Assembly: GCF_009914755.1 (NCBI RefSeq)
Contig: NC_060927.1
Source of the DNA: the human T2T-CHM13v2.0 reference genome, Homo sapiens
Reading direction: 5' to 3' (one strand)
DNA: 64,000 bases
This document shows positions 1 to 12,816 of this stretch, in pieces. Numbering within the stretch: the stretch's first letter is position 1; each line of letters begins with the position of its first letter. The translations under genes were made by a program, and so were the position numbers. Below the pieces are notes generated by a model. The model was not told the DNA's origin and made no database searches. It worked only from the letters and a program-made list of their open reading frames with translations.

Positions 1-232
1 CAGCTCTCTTAAGGCTGGAGAGCCTGAAAAAAAACCATTGCCCAATGATCCCCAAAACTACAAAGTGAGTACTTGACCTCTTAAAGCACTGAATAAAAGA
101 CAACATTGGAATTTTCATCTGCAACAGAGGTTTGTCTATCCAGATATGACTTTTAATGGTTAATTGGTTTCTTTAAGTCTTTGGCAAAGACTTATTGTTT
201 GAGAGCACAGATTCTCTCTGTGCTTCAGAGAA

Positions 233-478
233 CCAGGAGTTCTAGTGTTTGAGGACAAGGGAACAGCTATGTTTAAGCTCAAAAAAAGAGAAAGAAAGAA
301 CTTGCCCTTCCTCTGCCTTTTCATACTAATCCATATCAGTGAGGAGGCATCTTCTTTACTGGTAATGCAAATGCTAATGTCTTCTAGAAATACCCTTACA
401 GACAGACTCAGAAAAAAATGTTTTAACAGCTATCTGGGTACCCCTAAGCCCAGTCCAACTGACACATAAAATTAAACA
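233..478 (-). mobile_element. MLT2-type (ERVL) LTR, partial
   Basis: ACAGCTATCTGGGTACCCCTAAGCCCAGTCCAACTGACACATAAAATTAA is the reverse complement of the MLT2 5' end (TGTGATGGTTAATTTTATGTGTCAACTTGACTGGG...); CCCTTCCTCTGCCTTT and AAATGCTAATGTCTTCTAGAAATACCC also fit. Confidence 0.7.
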
Positions 479-739
479 GTACACGAGGTATGTATGCTTA
501 TCCAAACATGTATTCTTAATTTCTATATTTATCTTATTGTGAACTGTTAATAGTTTACCAATTGGCCATGACCCAGTCCATGGGTTACACTTCAAGTGGC
601 AGTGATGTAAATGACAATATGCACTATTTAAAATCAGAACAAGAAAAGGTGGTTATTTAGTTGAAAGAATCTACATCCAAGCAAATGAAGTTCCAAAATT
701 CCAAAACTCAACTCTAAATTCTCCATGTTTTTCTTTCAG

Positions 740-752
740 ACTTGAAATACTG
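740..752 (+). other. candidate 13-nt microexon
   Basis: TTTTTCTTTCAG|ACTTGAAATACTG|GTAAGT: consensus acceptor and donor 13 nt apart; motif evidence only. Confidence 0.3.
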
Positions 753-3700
753 GTAAGTATTTTATTCCTAGGTTTTCCCTAAACAAAATTGTTATTGGTG
801 CTTTCACTTCTGACTTTAGTGCCTCTAGCTAATCTAGTCCTTATCCTTTATTGAGTGTTTGTCAGGAACAAAGTGGGAAAATAGAGCCAGCTCAATAGGC
901 TAAAGCTGCATTTCCACAAACCCACTTCACTTATGGCCCAAGATGAAATGGAGCAGTTGTTTCTGAGAATGGGATATCATCTTAGGTTAACAATGTGTTA
1001 TCTTTTTTTCTGTATTTTGGAAATTGGAAACCACCTTGAGATACCAAGTCTACTTCTTTTTGTTCAAATGGTTGAGTGTTTCATTGCTGCTTATGTAAAC
1101 AGAGTTCAGCAATAATGTTCTCTTGGATAAACATGCTCAACTTTAATTATTTTTTAAAAACTATTCTCCCATGACGGAGACCTAATATGAAATGCTATGC
1201 CAGCATCAGCAATAATTAACATACAAGGCATTTTATATGTTCTCGATATTAGAACAACAGATTTTCTTTGAACCCCCTTGACCTTAAAACATGGGACAAA
1301 GGAATAGCCTATCTAAACAGGAAAGCCTAAATAATTTTCATGTTTTAGCAAATTCATTTTTTTCAAGTGACTCTTAATACTTTCTGATATTAAATAAATA
1401 TTCTATGGTGAGACTGATTATGATTAGAGGGGTGACTATGTAAGAGCAACTTTTCTCTTTCCCATTATATATATCATTTTATAATTTTATTATGTCTATG
1501 TATTTATGCATATGTAAGAACAGCTGTAATTTTTATCTTATAATATGAAATCAAAGTAAAGAAATATTTTAATAACTAGCAATAACAAAGTTCTGCATAT
1601 TAAGACCACTACCTTGCTCTTGATGAAATGAATGAAATACTTCAACAAGTGTCTGCCGTTTAATAATTTATTTGACTCAAATGTTGCTCTTTTGGTTTTG
1701 CATTAAGTAGAACAACTATATTGAAAGAATTCATGCAGGAAGATGCATATTTTAATTACATTTAACCTGTTTCTCTGTTAATTTGTTGGGGTACAGAGAT
1801 AAGATGTGGATTAAACATTTTCTGAAATGCGTTTTTCAGAGCCACAGGCAGAAGCTGAGGCCACCCTGTCATTTAATGAATTATCAGTTTAGCAGGCATT
1901 GGGTATCTATATATATCCACAATATTTTTAGTGACAAGGAGCAGTGGGAAGAAAATAGGTAGAAATTTAGAGCAGGCGACCTTGGGGAGATTTGGGAAGT
2001 CACAGAATCTGCTTCACCTGGCTACAGTGAGAGCATAATCCCACTTAAAGACCGCAGAATGAAGTATTCATTGATATGTCTGAAGTAATATGTATTTTAA
2101 CATATTTTTACCATTAAATATAAAATCAAACTATTGACGGGCAGTAAAGGAGGTCAGATCCCCATGTCTCAATGGCTAAATAGTGGACACATTTTAGCAA
2201 AGTACAGTGATACCTCATCTTGTCACTGATTGAATTTATGTCAGGCATTGATGAGTAAGGCAAATAGTTGTCCTTTTATATTCTCACTCAAAATACATTT
2301 ACTTGTGTGGGTATGTGTGTATAACTATTTATATATACAATTACTTTGATTTAGAAAGCAGCATAAAAATCATTGTTCCATTTTCTTCTCATAAACCATG
2401 AAATACCACCACAAGACTAAAATAAGTAAATGCTTTTTAAGTGTCAATTAATTATTTTGTCATTAACATAACTGTAGAAAAACATCCATCCCTTAATACA
2501 TTGCTGTTTATCTTTCTATAACCACCCCAGGCCTTTTCTTTTGCTTCTAGTCCCATATGCTCCCAAACCTAGATTTACTTGGAATATTGTTGTTAATTAC
2601 CTCTTTAACACCTCTCCACTACTTTACACAGCATTTGACCTCACATCATACCCAGTCTTCTGGTATAAATCATCCCCCATGCTGTCCAGAGTTCCAAGCA
2701 TCTCCATTTTCAGTCTTAAATCAACACCTTCCAATTACATTTTCAAAAAGAAGTTAGGGATATACTCAAACTGATCCGAATCCACTCCAATGTTTGGTCC
2801 ACTGTTTTCTCTGAGAACCAGACTTCCACACTTATTGCTTGGTCTCTTGAAGCTCATAACCCTTCTTTTTGTTGTTTTCAAAAATTCTCCCAGGGAGTGC
2901 CTATATTGAACAAATTTCTATTTTTTCTTCTTAGTTCCTTCCCATCTACTATCCTGATCTCAGACTGTTTGGAAGTATAATAAGTGCAGAAAAGAGGAAA
3001 GTCAACTATGTGGCAAATTTGGCTGGTGAGATTATTTAGAATGGAATCCTAGTCTATTCTAAGTCTGTGGCTAGAAGAAGTAAATTCTGAGGAAAAAGAG
3101 ACAGCCCCCTATACCAACCCTAAAGATATTAGTCCCTCTCAGGGGTAGGCTCTTTCTTCAACCACGCAGAGAGAATGGACAGGAAGGGAAAGAAAGCCAG
3201 TGAAGTGGAACCATGCCTTGTTTACGCCATCTGTTGAGATTCCTGTGAATGTTCTCCCTCTCTCTAAAGCACTCAGAGCACACATGTTCCAGTTGGGTAG
3301 GAAGTTGGGGTCCTTTTCATCCAGTACAGGGCTGGAATGGAAAGGTGAGCCTGAAGATGGGCAAGGTTCCTTGTGTTTAAAAACTGGATATGAATGAAGT
3401 TAGTTGTCATTCTACCTAACGAAAATACTACTCTTTTGAAATTAAGTATAAAACTTGAAGTGGAATATCTGTAATCTAAATGCGCTTATGCTGGGTGATG
3501 TGTTGGTGAATTTTCAGAGACCTATGAACTCATAAGAATGGGTGTGTTTGCCTGTGTGTGTGCAGGGGTTACTAAAGAATGAAACTGGGATTCTGGTGCT
3601 CCAATTGGGGTTATATTTAGGTAAGGCTTAAGAACTTGAGAGGGGAGTCATGCTGTAGAGTCTGGTGGTAGATCCAAGTCCAGGCAAAACTGATATTTCT

Positions 3701-4847
3701 AATATGAACACAGCACTGGATTAAATCTCAGAAGGACTGGTTTTCAGTCCTGCTTTGGCCCCCAGTTATGTATAACATAAATGGAGAAGATGGCATTGGA
3801 GTATCAGCGGAATGACCTTTGAGAGTAAAAACTAGCAGTGACCTTAGAGATTAATAGTCTGTAATTCTATAAGGTAACCCTATAAGAGAAGTTTTCCTCT
3901 TTACTATATCTGAATTCTCTATAAACAATATGGCATTAATGACTGTGTTTAGGCATTTCTGCAAGGCTAGGACATAGTCCTAAAAATTGAGCACCGCAAA
4001 ACGAATCCTGTCTGTGCTTCCATCACTACTAAAACAATGCGAAAAACATACAAATCATATTAAGAGCATCTTATATTGCATTTAAATATAGTAACAGTGG
4101 AAGAGATAATTTTAGTTACTCCCTCAGAACTAGCAAAAACACACTCTTTTGCAACTCTCCCATTTGTTATTGTTTGCAGACACTGCATACCTAACACTTG
4201 TTTTATGTAAACAAATAAAAAACTCAATAAACAGTATATCCCTTCATTCTCTATAGCAGTAAACTTCTATTTTAATGAGATTTGAGTTCAGTACAGCAAT
4301 TTTGATTTCTTTTCAGGTTGGTTAAAATAAGATTTTACATGAATTCCTAAATCTCAAAAGCATCCACGGCTCTATATGCTGGCTCAATACAGACAATGTT
4401 AATGTGATCTCTCTGGGACATTTTGCAAACAAGTTTCTGAACTTGTACAAAGAATATCGGAGCATCAACCAGCTAAAATTACAGTGACCTAACAGATAGT
4501 CATATAGTCATGTAACTATATGTCATATAATAGTCATGTAACTCTACATGATAATCCAACAAGCACAATTTACTCCTCTATTATCTCTAATCTGTCTATT
4601 AATCAACATGGAACTAGTAGTTCAGGTTAAGCCTCTCTTACAGACCACATTACTAGTTTGGAATGATGATATTCCTTACTTTTCCAGTTAAGAATAAGAT
4701 GTTCTCACAGCCGGTTGAAGTTGAATCTGAATTATGGGAGAGATTTGCCTTCTAAGTCCTCTCACTTTCTATCCATTCTTTCTTCTCTACATTTGCAAAA
4801 CACATATTCTCCTACTCTTCGCCTGTTTCTGTTTCCCTTTTTCCCAG

Positions 4848-4892
4848 GAAACAAAACAAATGAAAATGACACCTCAGTAAAAGATGTAGCCA
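4848..4892 (+). other. candidate 45-nt exon
   Basis: ~35-nt pyrimidine tract ending TTTTTCCCAG|G; downstream donor CCA|GTAAGC; motif evidence only. Confidence 0.3.
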
Positions 4893-5342
4893 GTAAGCCT
4901 TCATGTACTCATTGACTGATGAGGCTTATGTTGCATCATTCCAGAGGTGCTTCTATGTGAAAAGAGTTTCATGCAGCCAAAGGATAGCTATTGTGGTGAA
5001 AGCCAGGGCAGTCTCAGTCTGAATTCATCCTAGATATATAGAGATATTGGGATCCTCAGCCCTTAGAGGATCTATCCAATTTGCATTGCATCATGAGCAT
5101 CCCATTTCAGTATCCTGTAAAAATACCGACATTTTCCATGTGTGCCCTGATGGGAAAAAGTTTGTGGGAGGCTTAGCTAGGAATAAGGTTGATAAGGAGT
5201 GTTTCCATTATGACACAAATTGTACTATACTTCTGCCTTCTGTAAACTTTGCTCACTCAACTGTAGCTTACCCCTAACAATACTTTCAGTTATATGTGAA
5301 GGGAAGGCTGGGAACCAGAGGCAGATTTACTGGATACCTCAT

Positions 5343-5808
5343 TGTTGTGACATAATGTCAGGAACAGCCCCAGTCTTCCTCCATCCATGTATACATATTC
5401 ATTGCAATGGAAGTTTGTAGGCCCCTCCCACTTCTGACTCTAGGCTCAGCCTTGTGATTTGCTGTACCCATCAAGATGCTGGTAAATGTGATATAAACAG
5501 AAGCTTAAAATGGGCATGCACACTGGAGCTTGTTCTTCTCATGCTCTCTGATAATGTCATGAGAAGAAACAAGCCTGGGCTGGCCTGATGAAAGATAAAG
5601 GACATGCGAAGAGCTGAGCCACGTCATCCCAGTCAAAGCCTTCCTACATCATTTGACCTCACAACATATGAGTGATCTCAGGTGAGATCAGCAGTCACCT
5701 GGCCCACCATCAGTGCTGACACATGAGCAATATGCTTATTGTTGAATGCCAATGAGTTTTTATAGTTGTTTGTTATATGGCAGGGTTCAAGCAACAGAAA
5801 ATGAATAG
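5343..5808 (+). mobile_element. MLT1 (MaLR) solo LTR, MLT1G/H-like
   Basis: TGACTCTAGGCTCAGCCTTGTGATTTGCT, ACAGAAGCTTAAAATG, and 3' end TGCTTATTGTTGAATGCCAATGAGTTTTTATAGTTGTTTGTTAT. Confidence 0.75.
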
Positions 5809-6347
5809 TCTAATGAAGCTTCAGCTTCAGGGCCAGTCTTTTGCCAAGGCCCTATTCCAAACCACTCAGGAGAGCCCTTAACTATTTGTTCAATTTGATC
5901 AGAGTTTTGTAAATTTTGCAAAAATATGATATTTTAATCACAGGATTAGAGTTGTTGCCTCCCACCATCCCTCTTCTCTTCCATCACACTTCTCCTGGTA
6001 GTAGGTGGCATTTTAGTGGCTTCGGTTATCTTGGGAATCCTGCTAAAGGGAAGTTCAGTTGGTTCTGCATATAGTTAAGTAGAAAGTGATATGATTATGA
6101 TGTTCACAGTCGGTTCTTTGAATAGGTAAGTTATTATTAGTACCCCAGTGCTGGAATGTACTTACTTCTCACTGTACTATATCACTTAACATTGCAGGAA
6201 CAAAGGTTGTAATATGATATGAACATGTCTTAGATTACCCAGTACAAGAATTATAAGAGTAGCAGAGGATAAAATGTATAAAGTCAGAAGCTGGTCAATG
6301 AAAAATTCTTCCAAGCATCAGACCTGTAAATTTTAAGCAAAATGGTT

Positions 6348-6910
6348 CAAACCCTTGGGAAAATTATTTGGTAGACTCTACTAAAGCAGAATAGCTACAT
6401 ATTTTAGAATCCAGTGATCCCACTTCTAAAAACATCATAACCAACAGAAACAGGTTCATATGTTCATTAAATGACATGTCCAAGACATTCTCAGCAGCAC
6501 TATTTACAATAGTCCCCAAATAGAAACCACCCAATGTTTATAAATAGTAGAATAGACTCTAAACATTGTGGTATATTCACACATTGGAAAACCATACAGA
6601 ATAAGATAAACTATCCAAACTATGTGTATATCACAAACACTAAGTTGAGTGAGAGAAGCCAGACACAAAAAGAAGTATTATAGGTATGATTCCACTTATG
6701 TCAAGTACAAAAGCAGGTAAACAGGGGTTACCCTTCTAGCAGGTAGGGACTGGAAGAAAGCATAAGGGGGGTTTCGGGAGTGCTAGTAGTGTTCTATTTC
6801 TTGATCTGGATATCAGTGTCATGCTATATATTTGTGAATGTTCATTGAGCCATACAATTAAAACAGACACTTTTTAGTATGTATATACTTCAATAAAATA
6901 TTTGAAAAAT
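6348..6910 (+). mobile_element. L1ME-type LINE-1 3' end
   Basis: CAGCAGCACTATTTACAATAGTCCCCAAATAGAAACCACCC, TATGATTCCACTTATG, GTTCTATTTCTTGATCTGG, ends ACTTCAATAAAA. Confidence 0.8.
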
Positions 6911-7209
6911 TATAAACAGAGGATATAGCTATCATCAAAATGGAAAAACTTTACCTTCAGGAATATACTTGATGAAGTAGTATATATGAGTATGCATATA
7001 ATATACATCAATTATATTATATATATAATATATATTATTTTAATTTAAACTGTGTGAAATGGCATTTGTCAGAATCTCTTTTTAGGGCAGAAATCTGTCA
7101 CAGAACTACAAATATTGGGTATGGGAGTATGTGAAGCTGTATGTGAAATCTCACTGTATCAATCAGGAAATACTTAAATTTCTTATCAACTTTATACAAA
7201 ACATAAAAA

Positions 7210-7483
7210 TCTCAGCAAACTAACACAGGAACAGAAAACCAAACACTGCATGTTCTCACTCATAAGTGGGAGCTGAACAAAGAGAACACATGGACACAGG
7301 GAGGGGAATATCACACACTGGGGCCTGTCGGGGAGTGGGAGACTAGGTGAGGGATAACATTAGGAGAAACACCTTATGTAGATGAGGGGTTGTTGGGTGC
7401 AGCAAACCACCATGGCCTGTGTATACCTATGTAACAAACCTACACGTTCTGCACATGTATCCCAGAACCTAAAGTATAATAAA
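7210..7483 (+). mobile_element. L1PA (roughly PA8-10) 3' end, heavily 5' truncated
   Basis: CTCAGCAAACTAACACAGGAACAGAAAACCAAACACTGCATGTTCTCACTCATAAGTGGGAG ... GCACATGTATCCCAGAACCTAAAGTATAATAAA. Confidence 0.9.
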
Positions 7484-9661
7484 GAAATCAACAAGAATAA
7501 ATAACTTTTGGCTTGCTACTAGAATGAGAACTCTGACGACAAACTGGTTAATGAATATTGTCAACTCAAATAATATTTAAGAGTGATCAGCACAAAAGAA
7601 AACTTGAAATGCACTTAGCTGTTGTAGCTCATATACAGAAGAGTCTCAGTAGAGGTTTCTTTTTCCCCAAATTGATGACAGTCCTAAACATTTGCATAAT
7701 ATTGGCAGGAAGAATTATAAAAATCAAAGGACCTTTTAAAACTATCAATTTTAACATACAATTTTTGATCAATCATAGTAGAGAAAAATTGAGTTGTCTC
7801 TTTATTTGCTCTATAAAATATTATAAAAGTGTAGTCTTATGAAGAAGCAATCAAAAATGTTCAAACGAAAAAATCAGGAATAAAAGTATTAGATGTATAT
7901 CAGGCAATTAATTCATAAAATGATGGTAACATTCTCTCGATTTTATGTTTAACTTCTATTTTTACTCTAAATAAAAATGGACTTTTACACCCAATTTGTG
8001 TTCTTCTTTTCGAGAGGACTTACAAATTATAGAACTTTCAGGTACCACAGAATCGAGATAGATGACCGTGCTGGGAATCAACATGCATACTCCGTAGCCA
8101 TGTGACCCAGTTGCAAGACTGTCTCCTGGCAGACAGATTGTCATCACTTCAAATCCCCTTTCAGCTTCTGACCCCTCCTGTGTCACACAGGTCAAACCTC
8201 CTTTTCATGTCTGCTTTCTCCCTTTTCACTTTCTTACTCTTAATTTAGACAATCTTATTCTGCAGTATTATTTGAATTAGATAAATACGCATAACTCTTT
8301 ATTCCATCAACCATACTGCAAGAATTTAGACCATCTGTCTTCTAGCCTGGTTGGACAAAAGTCTATGGTGCACCTATTTTCATCCAGGGTAACCTTGCCC
8401 AGATCTCTGACTTGTCAAATAGAGCTTTAACATTTTACTCACCACTAACAATTCCTTGCCTTTGGCCACTGCCTATATCCTAATACTTCCTTCTATTAGC
8501 ATTTTTGTCCCTATTTACATGCAACACCTAAAGGGCAAAGGGAAATAAAGTATGTGCTCACAATGCATGAACTGGCCCAAGACCCTCGGTACTCTCTGGA
8601 TGAAGGAATACTCTTCTATTAAAACACCATGTGAGTGAGATGGGAGAATGAACTCATTCTGAGCTCTCTACCTTTATGCTAGAATTTGGGGATGAAGAAA
8701 ACATAATAAAGTAAGAAGAAAATGGCTTCTTTGGCAGACCATCTTATTCAGAAATACCATCTTCTGAGTTAAGCCCACTAATTCAGCATTCAGATTTAAT
8801 GCATTGTTCATGAAAAATGAAAACCACTGATAACATATTTTTTTCCATGAGATGTTCAGAAAAAAATCTCAAGCCACTGAAAGAATTAATTTGCCTGTAA
8901 TGAAACTGACACGCAGGAAAAATTTAAAATCAATCTTGTGCTTAAAAGCAGAACAACACTGATGGTGCCTCAATATTTCCTCCCTCTTCCCACTGCTAGC
9001 TTGTTACCAGTGAACACATATTATGCATATTACCCACAAATCTCTCCTTTATTTAAATTTTAAAAAGAAACACCATGTTTTTAATCAATCTATTTGCACT
9101 TGGCTGTCAAAACTCACAAAGGCACTTTGATTTCCTTTCATTATTCTCAAGAGAACCAAATGCGGATGAATAGAATAGAGAATAAAAAGGAAGAAAAATT
9201 AAGGGTTAATACACCTTGTTAAAGTCAGACAAACAAACAAAAAAAAGATGTGTTTATTCACGGCCTGTTAAAAAATTCTTGCTATGCTTCCCTCCCATTG
9301 ACAATTACCAGAATCATCAGGTATAAATGCAGGCTTTTGTCCTTTAACTATCAGATTGTTCTTCCATGGTTCTTAGTCACAGCTCTTGTTATCAGAGCAG
9401 TTCAATCTCTTGACTGTGAATTGTGAGGGTTTAGAGGCTGGACAGAAAAATCACTGAAGACTTTAGGGATGTATCATTTTGGTATTGTTGGTCAAAGCTC
9501 TTCTACTGACAGGCAAGAGACCAAACATTCATTAAAGGACCAAACAGATGGGGTCAGTTGACTCCTAGCAAGTTTTGGGTATTGGGAGCAAGGGTCTCCA
9601 CAGGGATGGCAGAAACGCTGTTGGTTTCACAAACTGGCTGATTACTAGAACTTCCTGAGTG

Positions 9662-9746
9662 TGGTTTCCAGATTTAGTAAACAAAAATACAAACAGCCCA
9701 GCTAAATTTGAATTTCAGGTAAAAACAAATAATTTTTCAGTATAAG
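9662..9746. mobile_element. MER53-like hAT fragment
   Basis: CCAGATTTAGTAAACAAAAATAC...CCCAGCTAAATTTGAATTTCAGGTAAAAACAAATAATTTTT. Confidence 0.45.
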
Positions 9747-12337
9747 ACCCCTTTGCTGGAAGTGCATCAAGAGGGGAAATATTTCTTTGAACGGATCTAT
9801 GGAATGGAAGGAGAGTAGTATGATGAGGAGGGATGAGTGCATTTAATACATAAGAAGAATATGTGACAAATTTGTGATTTCCTTTCATTGTATTTATTCC
9901 TGGCAGAATACAAAGTGTATCTGTAAGACCATATTTATCCAGGGCTCCTTGGAAATGATTTATTCTGTAGAGAAATGTTTTGTTTGTTTTCATAATTGTT
10001 GAGGGGTTACCTCTTTAAGTAGTAAAACATTTTACATTCTAACTTCTAGGGATGAAAATCTTTCTTAAATGTGTCACACATATATTCTTGCCATTTCAAA
10101 AAGAAAACACTGCTATTTATTTTTCCCTGAAGAGCCAAGTTTATTATTATGAACATCTATTGTTGTACAACATTGATACCATTAAAATTAACTGAAACAT
10201 CTGCTGGGCTATTTGCCATTTCACTAAATGTACCTATGCTTGTGTGAGCTTTAAGTTTTTGCATCTGCTTTTGTTGTTTATGTTTTTATGTTGTCATTTA
10301 TGTTTTCTCCCCAGTCAAGCTATTAACTGTTATTCTTTCTCCTTTCTAATTTTTCTAAAATTCTCTACCCCTTGCTAAGATTTATAAATAAGACAGCAAG
10401 GAAATAAATCCAGTTCTTAGGATTGTTTGTAAACAAAAAACCCAATTTAAGGTCCAAACAGGGTTTATGTGAACAAAGTACACTAGTAGCTAAAAATAAT
10501 GGTCTTTAGCTGTTAAAATAGTTTGCCACATACATATTCAACTGAAATTGATTGCTACTCAGTTCCAGGTAGGTGTAGTTATAAGGTGGCCAACTCCCAG
10601 GTAGTTGAGTGAGGTGTAATATACTCCTTGTGGATATATATAGTGGTATCTGAGATAAAAATTATTATCAGAGTAGAAAAAGATGAAATCAGTAGCTGCA
10701 AGGCAGGTGATTCTGGATCCAAGATACTGGGGTCATCCTGCACTGTCAAAAACAGTGTAGAATGAGATCTGACTCTTGCTGGCTTTTATGAACTTGTACC
10801 ATTCATTTAATCAAAACTGTGCCTTGCTTTTCTCATTTGCAAAACAATGTAGATAATCAATACCATTGATTTAGGTATTGAGGAAGTGAGGATAATTTCT
10901 ACTGTTCTCCTCATTTTTCTAAATTGGTCTCATGGTATGCAGCTTTTACTATTTTTACATGTGGTCCGCACATTGTTATCCTCAGTGAAAGGACTTTCAA
11001 ATTTGAGGGAAGAGGGCTTCTTTTTTTTATGGTCATGATTCATAAGTGCAGGATTTCTATGCCCTGAACATGGGTTCCTAAGTTCCAATGTGCCCATGCA
11101 TGGAGAACTTCTTGTCCTCCTTGGAAACACATTCTGAGCAAGGCCTGCCCTTTGGGGTTGTATCTATTCCCACTCCTTTCTTCTGTCAGTGATGGGTAAA
11201 TGCAGTCCTAGACATTTAGGTATGAAGGCTAGCTGATGGGGAAGGAATAAGAAGCCTCGCTTATGATTCCAAGATTAAGCTTCTCATTGGTGACCCTTAC
11301 CAGAGAATCTCTGAACTGGGTAGGGTTCGGCTATGGTATGTGTGTGGCAGGGGGAGGGAGGAGGTATTGCTTAGATGCTCACCCAGCTATTAATAAAGCT
11401 GATCATTTTTCCCCTCATTTGGCCAGGGTTGTTGTTGTATATAATTTTCTCTATAGCTAACTTGGAAGGAGAAAAGCAGAGCAGCATGAAACTCACTAAA
11501 TTCCATCAAGAAATCTTATTACTGTTGGAGGATTATGGTGATTACATGATTTTTTTTAAAAAAGCTTGACATACAGTAGGCCCTCAGTTATTTAGTTATT
11601 TACCTCCCTCTTCTCTCCATGAAGAGAAGAGGAGAGGAACTGAATGGAGGGCTATGAAATGGGAAAAGTGGTAAACCATAGTGTTCTACCTGATCAAGAA
11701 GCTGGGGGGAATAACTAATGAATAATTGTAAAGCCTTTCAGAAAGATAAAGTCTATAGAAATGCAAAATAGTAATATCAGGGAAGTAGAGATGTCAGTTG
11801 AATATAAAGAAGACAGCTTTTATTCCCATACAAATATCTTGGTCACCATCAGCAGCGGTGGACAAGAAAACAGAAAGAAGGGTGTGTGACAGTTTAATAG
11901 TGTTTTGTTAAAAATAGAACGTGTTTTAAGAGTGTCTGGACTTTCTTTAAAATAAAAAGATGAGCACTGACTCACTTTCTGTTAGAACAGATTCAGAAGT
12001 GCCTCTGGCAAAAATCACTGGCTTTCCCACCTCCAATTTCCTATGTTAATTAAATTGGGAGGGCAAATTTGGTATATGAGAGGAACAATGTCAAGAAGCC
12101 ATGTTGGCAGGCAAAATACCGCTTCATGTGGGAGCAGTTCGTGAGCTCTGGCCAGCTCAGCTTTCCACGCTGAATTCAAATCTCACTCCAGATCCAAAAT
12201 GCTAGTCCATGATATCCCTCCTGAGGAAGTCCTAGGGGCTAGGATAAGCTCAAGAAAGACCATCTGCTTAAGGATTTATATTCAGAAACCTGGGACAATG
12301 GGGAACTCTTGGCTCATTCTCAGGGTGTTAAGGGTTT

Positions 12338-12599
12338 AGTGTTTCCCCAAATTTTGGATGATGATAAATGCTATGCAAAAAATAGTTTCTACATCAAGAT
12401 AAATTTAGGAAACACTGGATTTAAAAAAATTAACAGATATTTTTCAACTGTAGGAGTTCCTAAAACCTTTCATATGTTAATGTGAGCTGTACATTTCCAA
12501 AAGATAAAGACAATGTGTTCTCCAAATTTATTTGACTATAGAACTGTTTTACAGAGTGTTCATCAGGGCAAGCCATAAGGTGCACTTTGGGAAATACTG
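12338..12599. mobile_element. hAT-Charlie MITE (MER103-like)
   Basis: TIR-like ends AGTGTTTCCCCAAA ... CACTTTGGGAAATACTG; internal AAATTTAGGAAACACTGG and CCTTTCATATGTTAATGTG. Confidence 0.55.
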
Positions 12600-12784
12600 T
12601 TCTGGGGCCACCTACAGATTTTTCTTTTTGTTTTGGGCATCCTAAGGATTTTCTAGAAAGAGCTGAATCTCCAGAAGAGCCAAGAAAGTAGATTTGAGAA
12701 TTCAGCTGAAATCTGAACAACCTATTGAGGTTGCATCTCAGTCCACTTTAGTACCAATATATGATTGCCTCATTTGCATGAAGA

Positions 12785-12816
12785 TGCATATATATATATA
12801 TATATATATATATGCA
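12785..12816. repeat. (TA)n microsatellite forming a perfect 32-bp palindrome
   Basis: TGCA-(TA)12-TGCA read directly. Confidence 0.95.

Larger units (their letters stand above)
5316..8065 (+). mobile_element. Zaphod-like hAT-Tip100 DNA transposon fossil interrupted by three younger elements
   Basis: Left end CAGAGGCAGATTTAC resumes after an MLT1 as TAATGAAGCTTCAGCTTCAGGGCC. 7660-7820 translates FPKLMTVLNICIILA...REKLSCLFICSIK, resembling the hAT C-terminal dimerisation motif FPNL..ALRI.LTLP...ERL..L.ILSIE. Degenerate right end near 8040-8065. Confidence 0.6.

Noticed and set aside
3050-3700. Possible ancient LTR (also 12850-13200 and 57480-58200)
   Set aside because: Composition is suggestive, but I cannot match diagnostic motifs or termini
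4497-4550. Short ATAGTCATGTAACT repeats (similar micro-duplications at ~15718, ~18341, ~54996)
   Set aside because: Ordinary slippage duplications with no further structure
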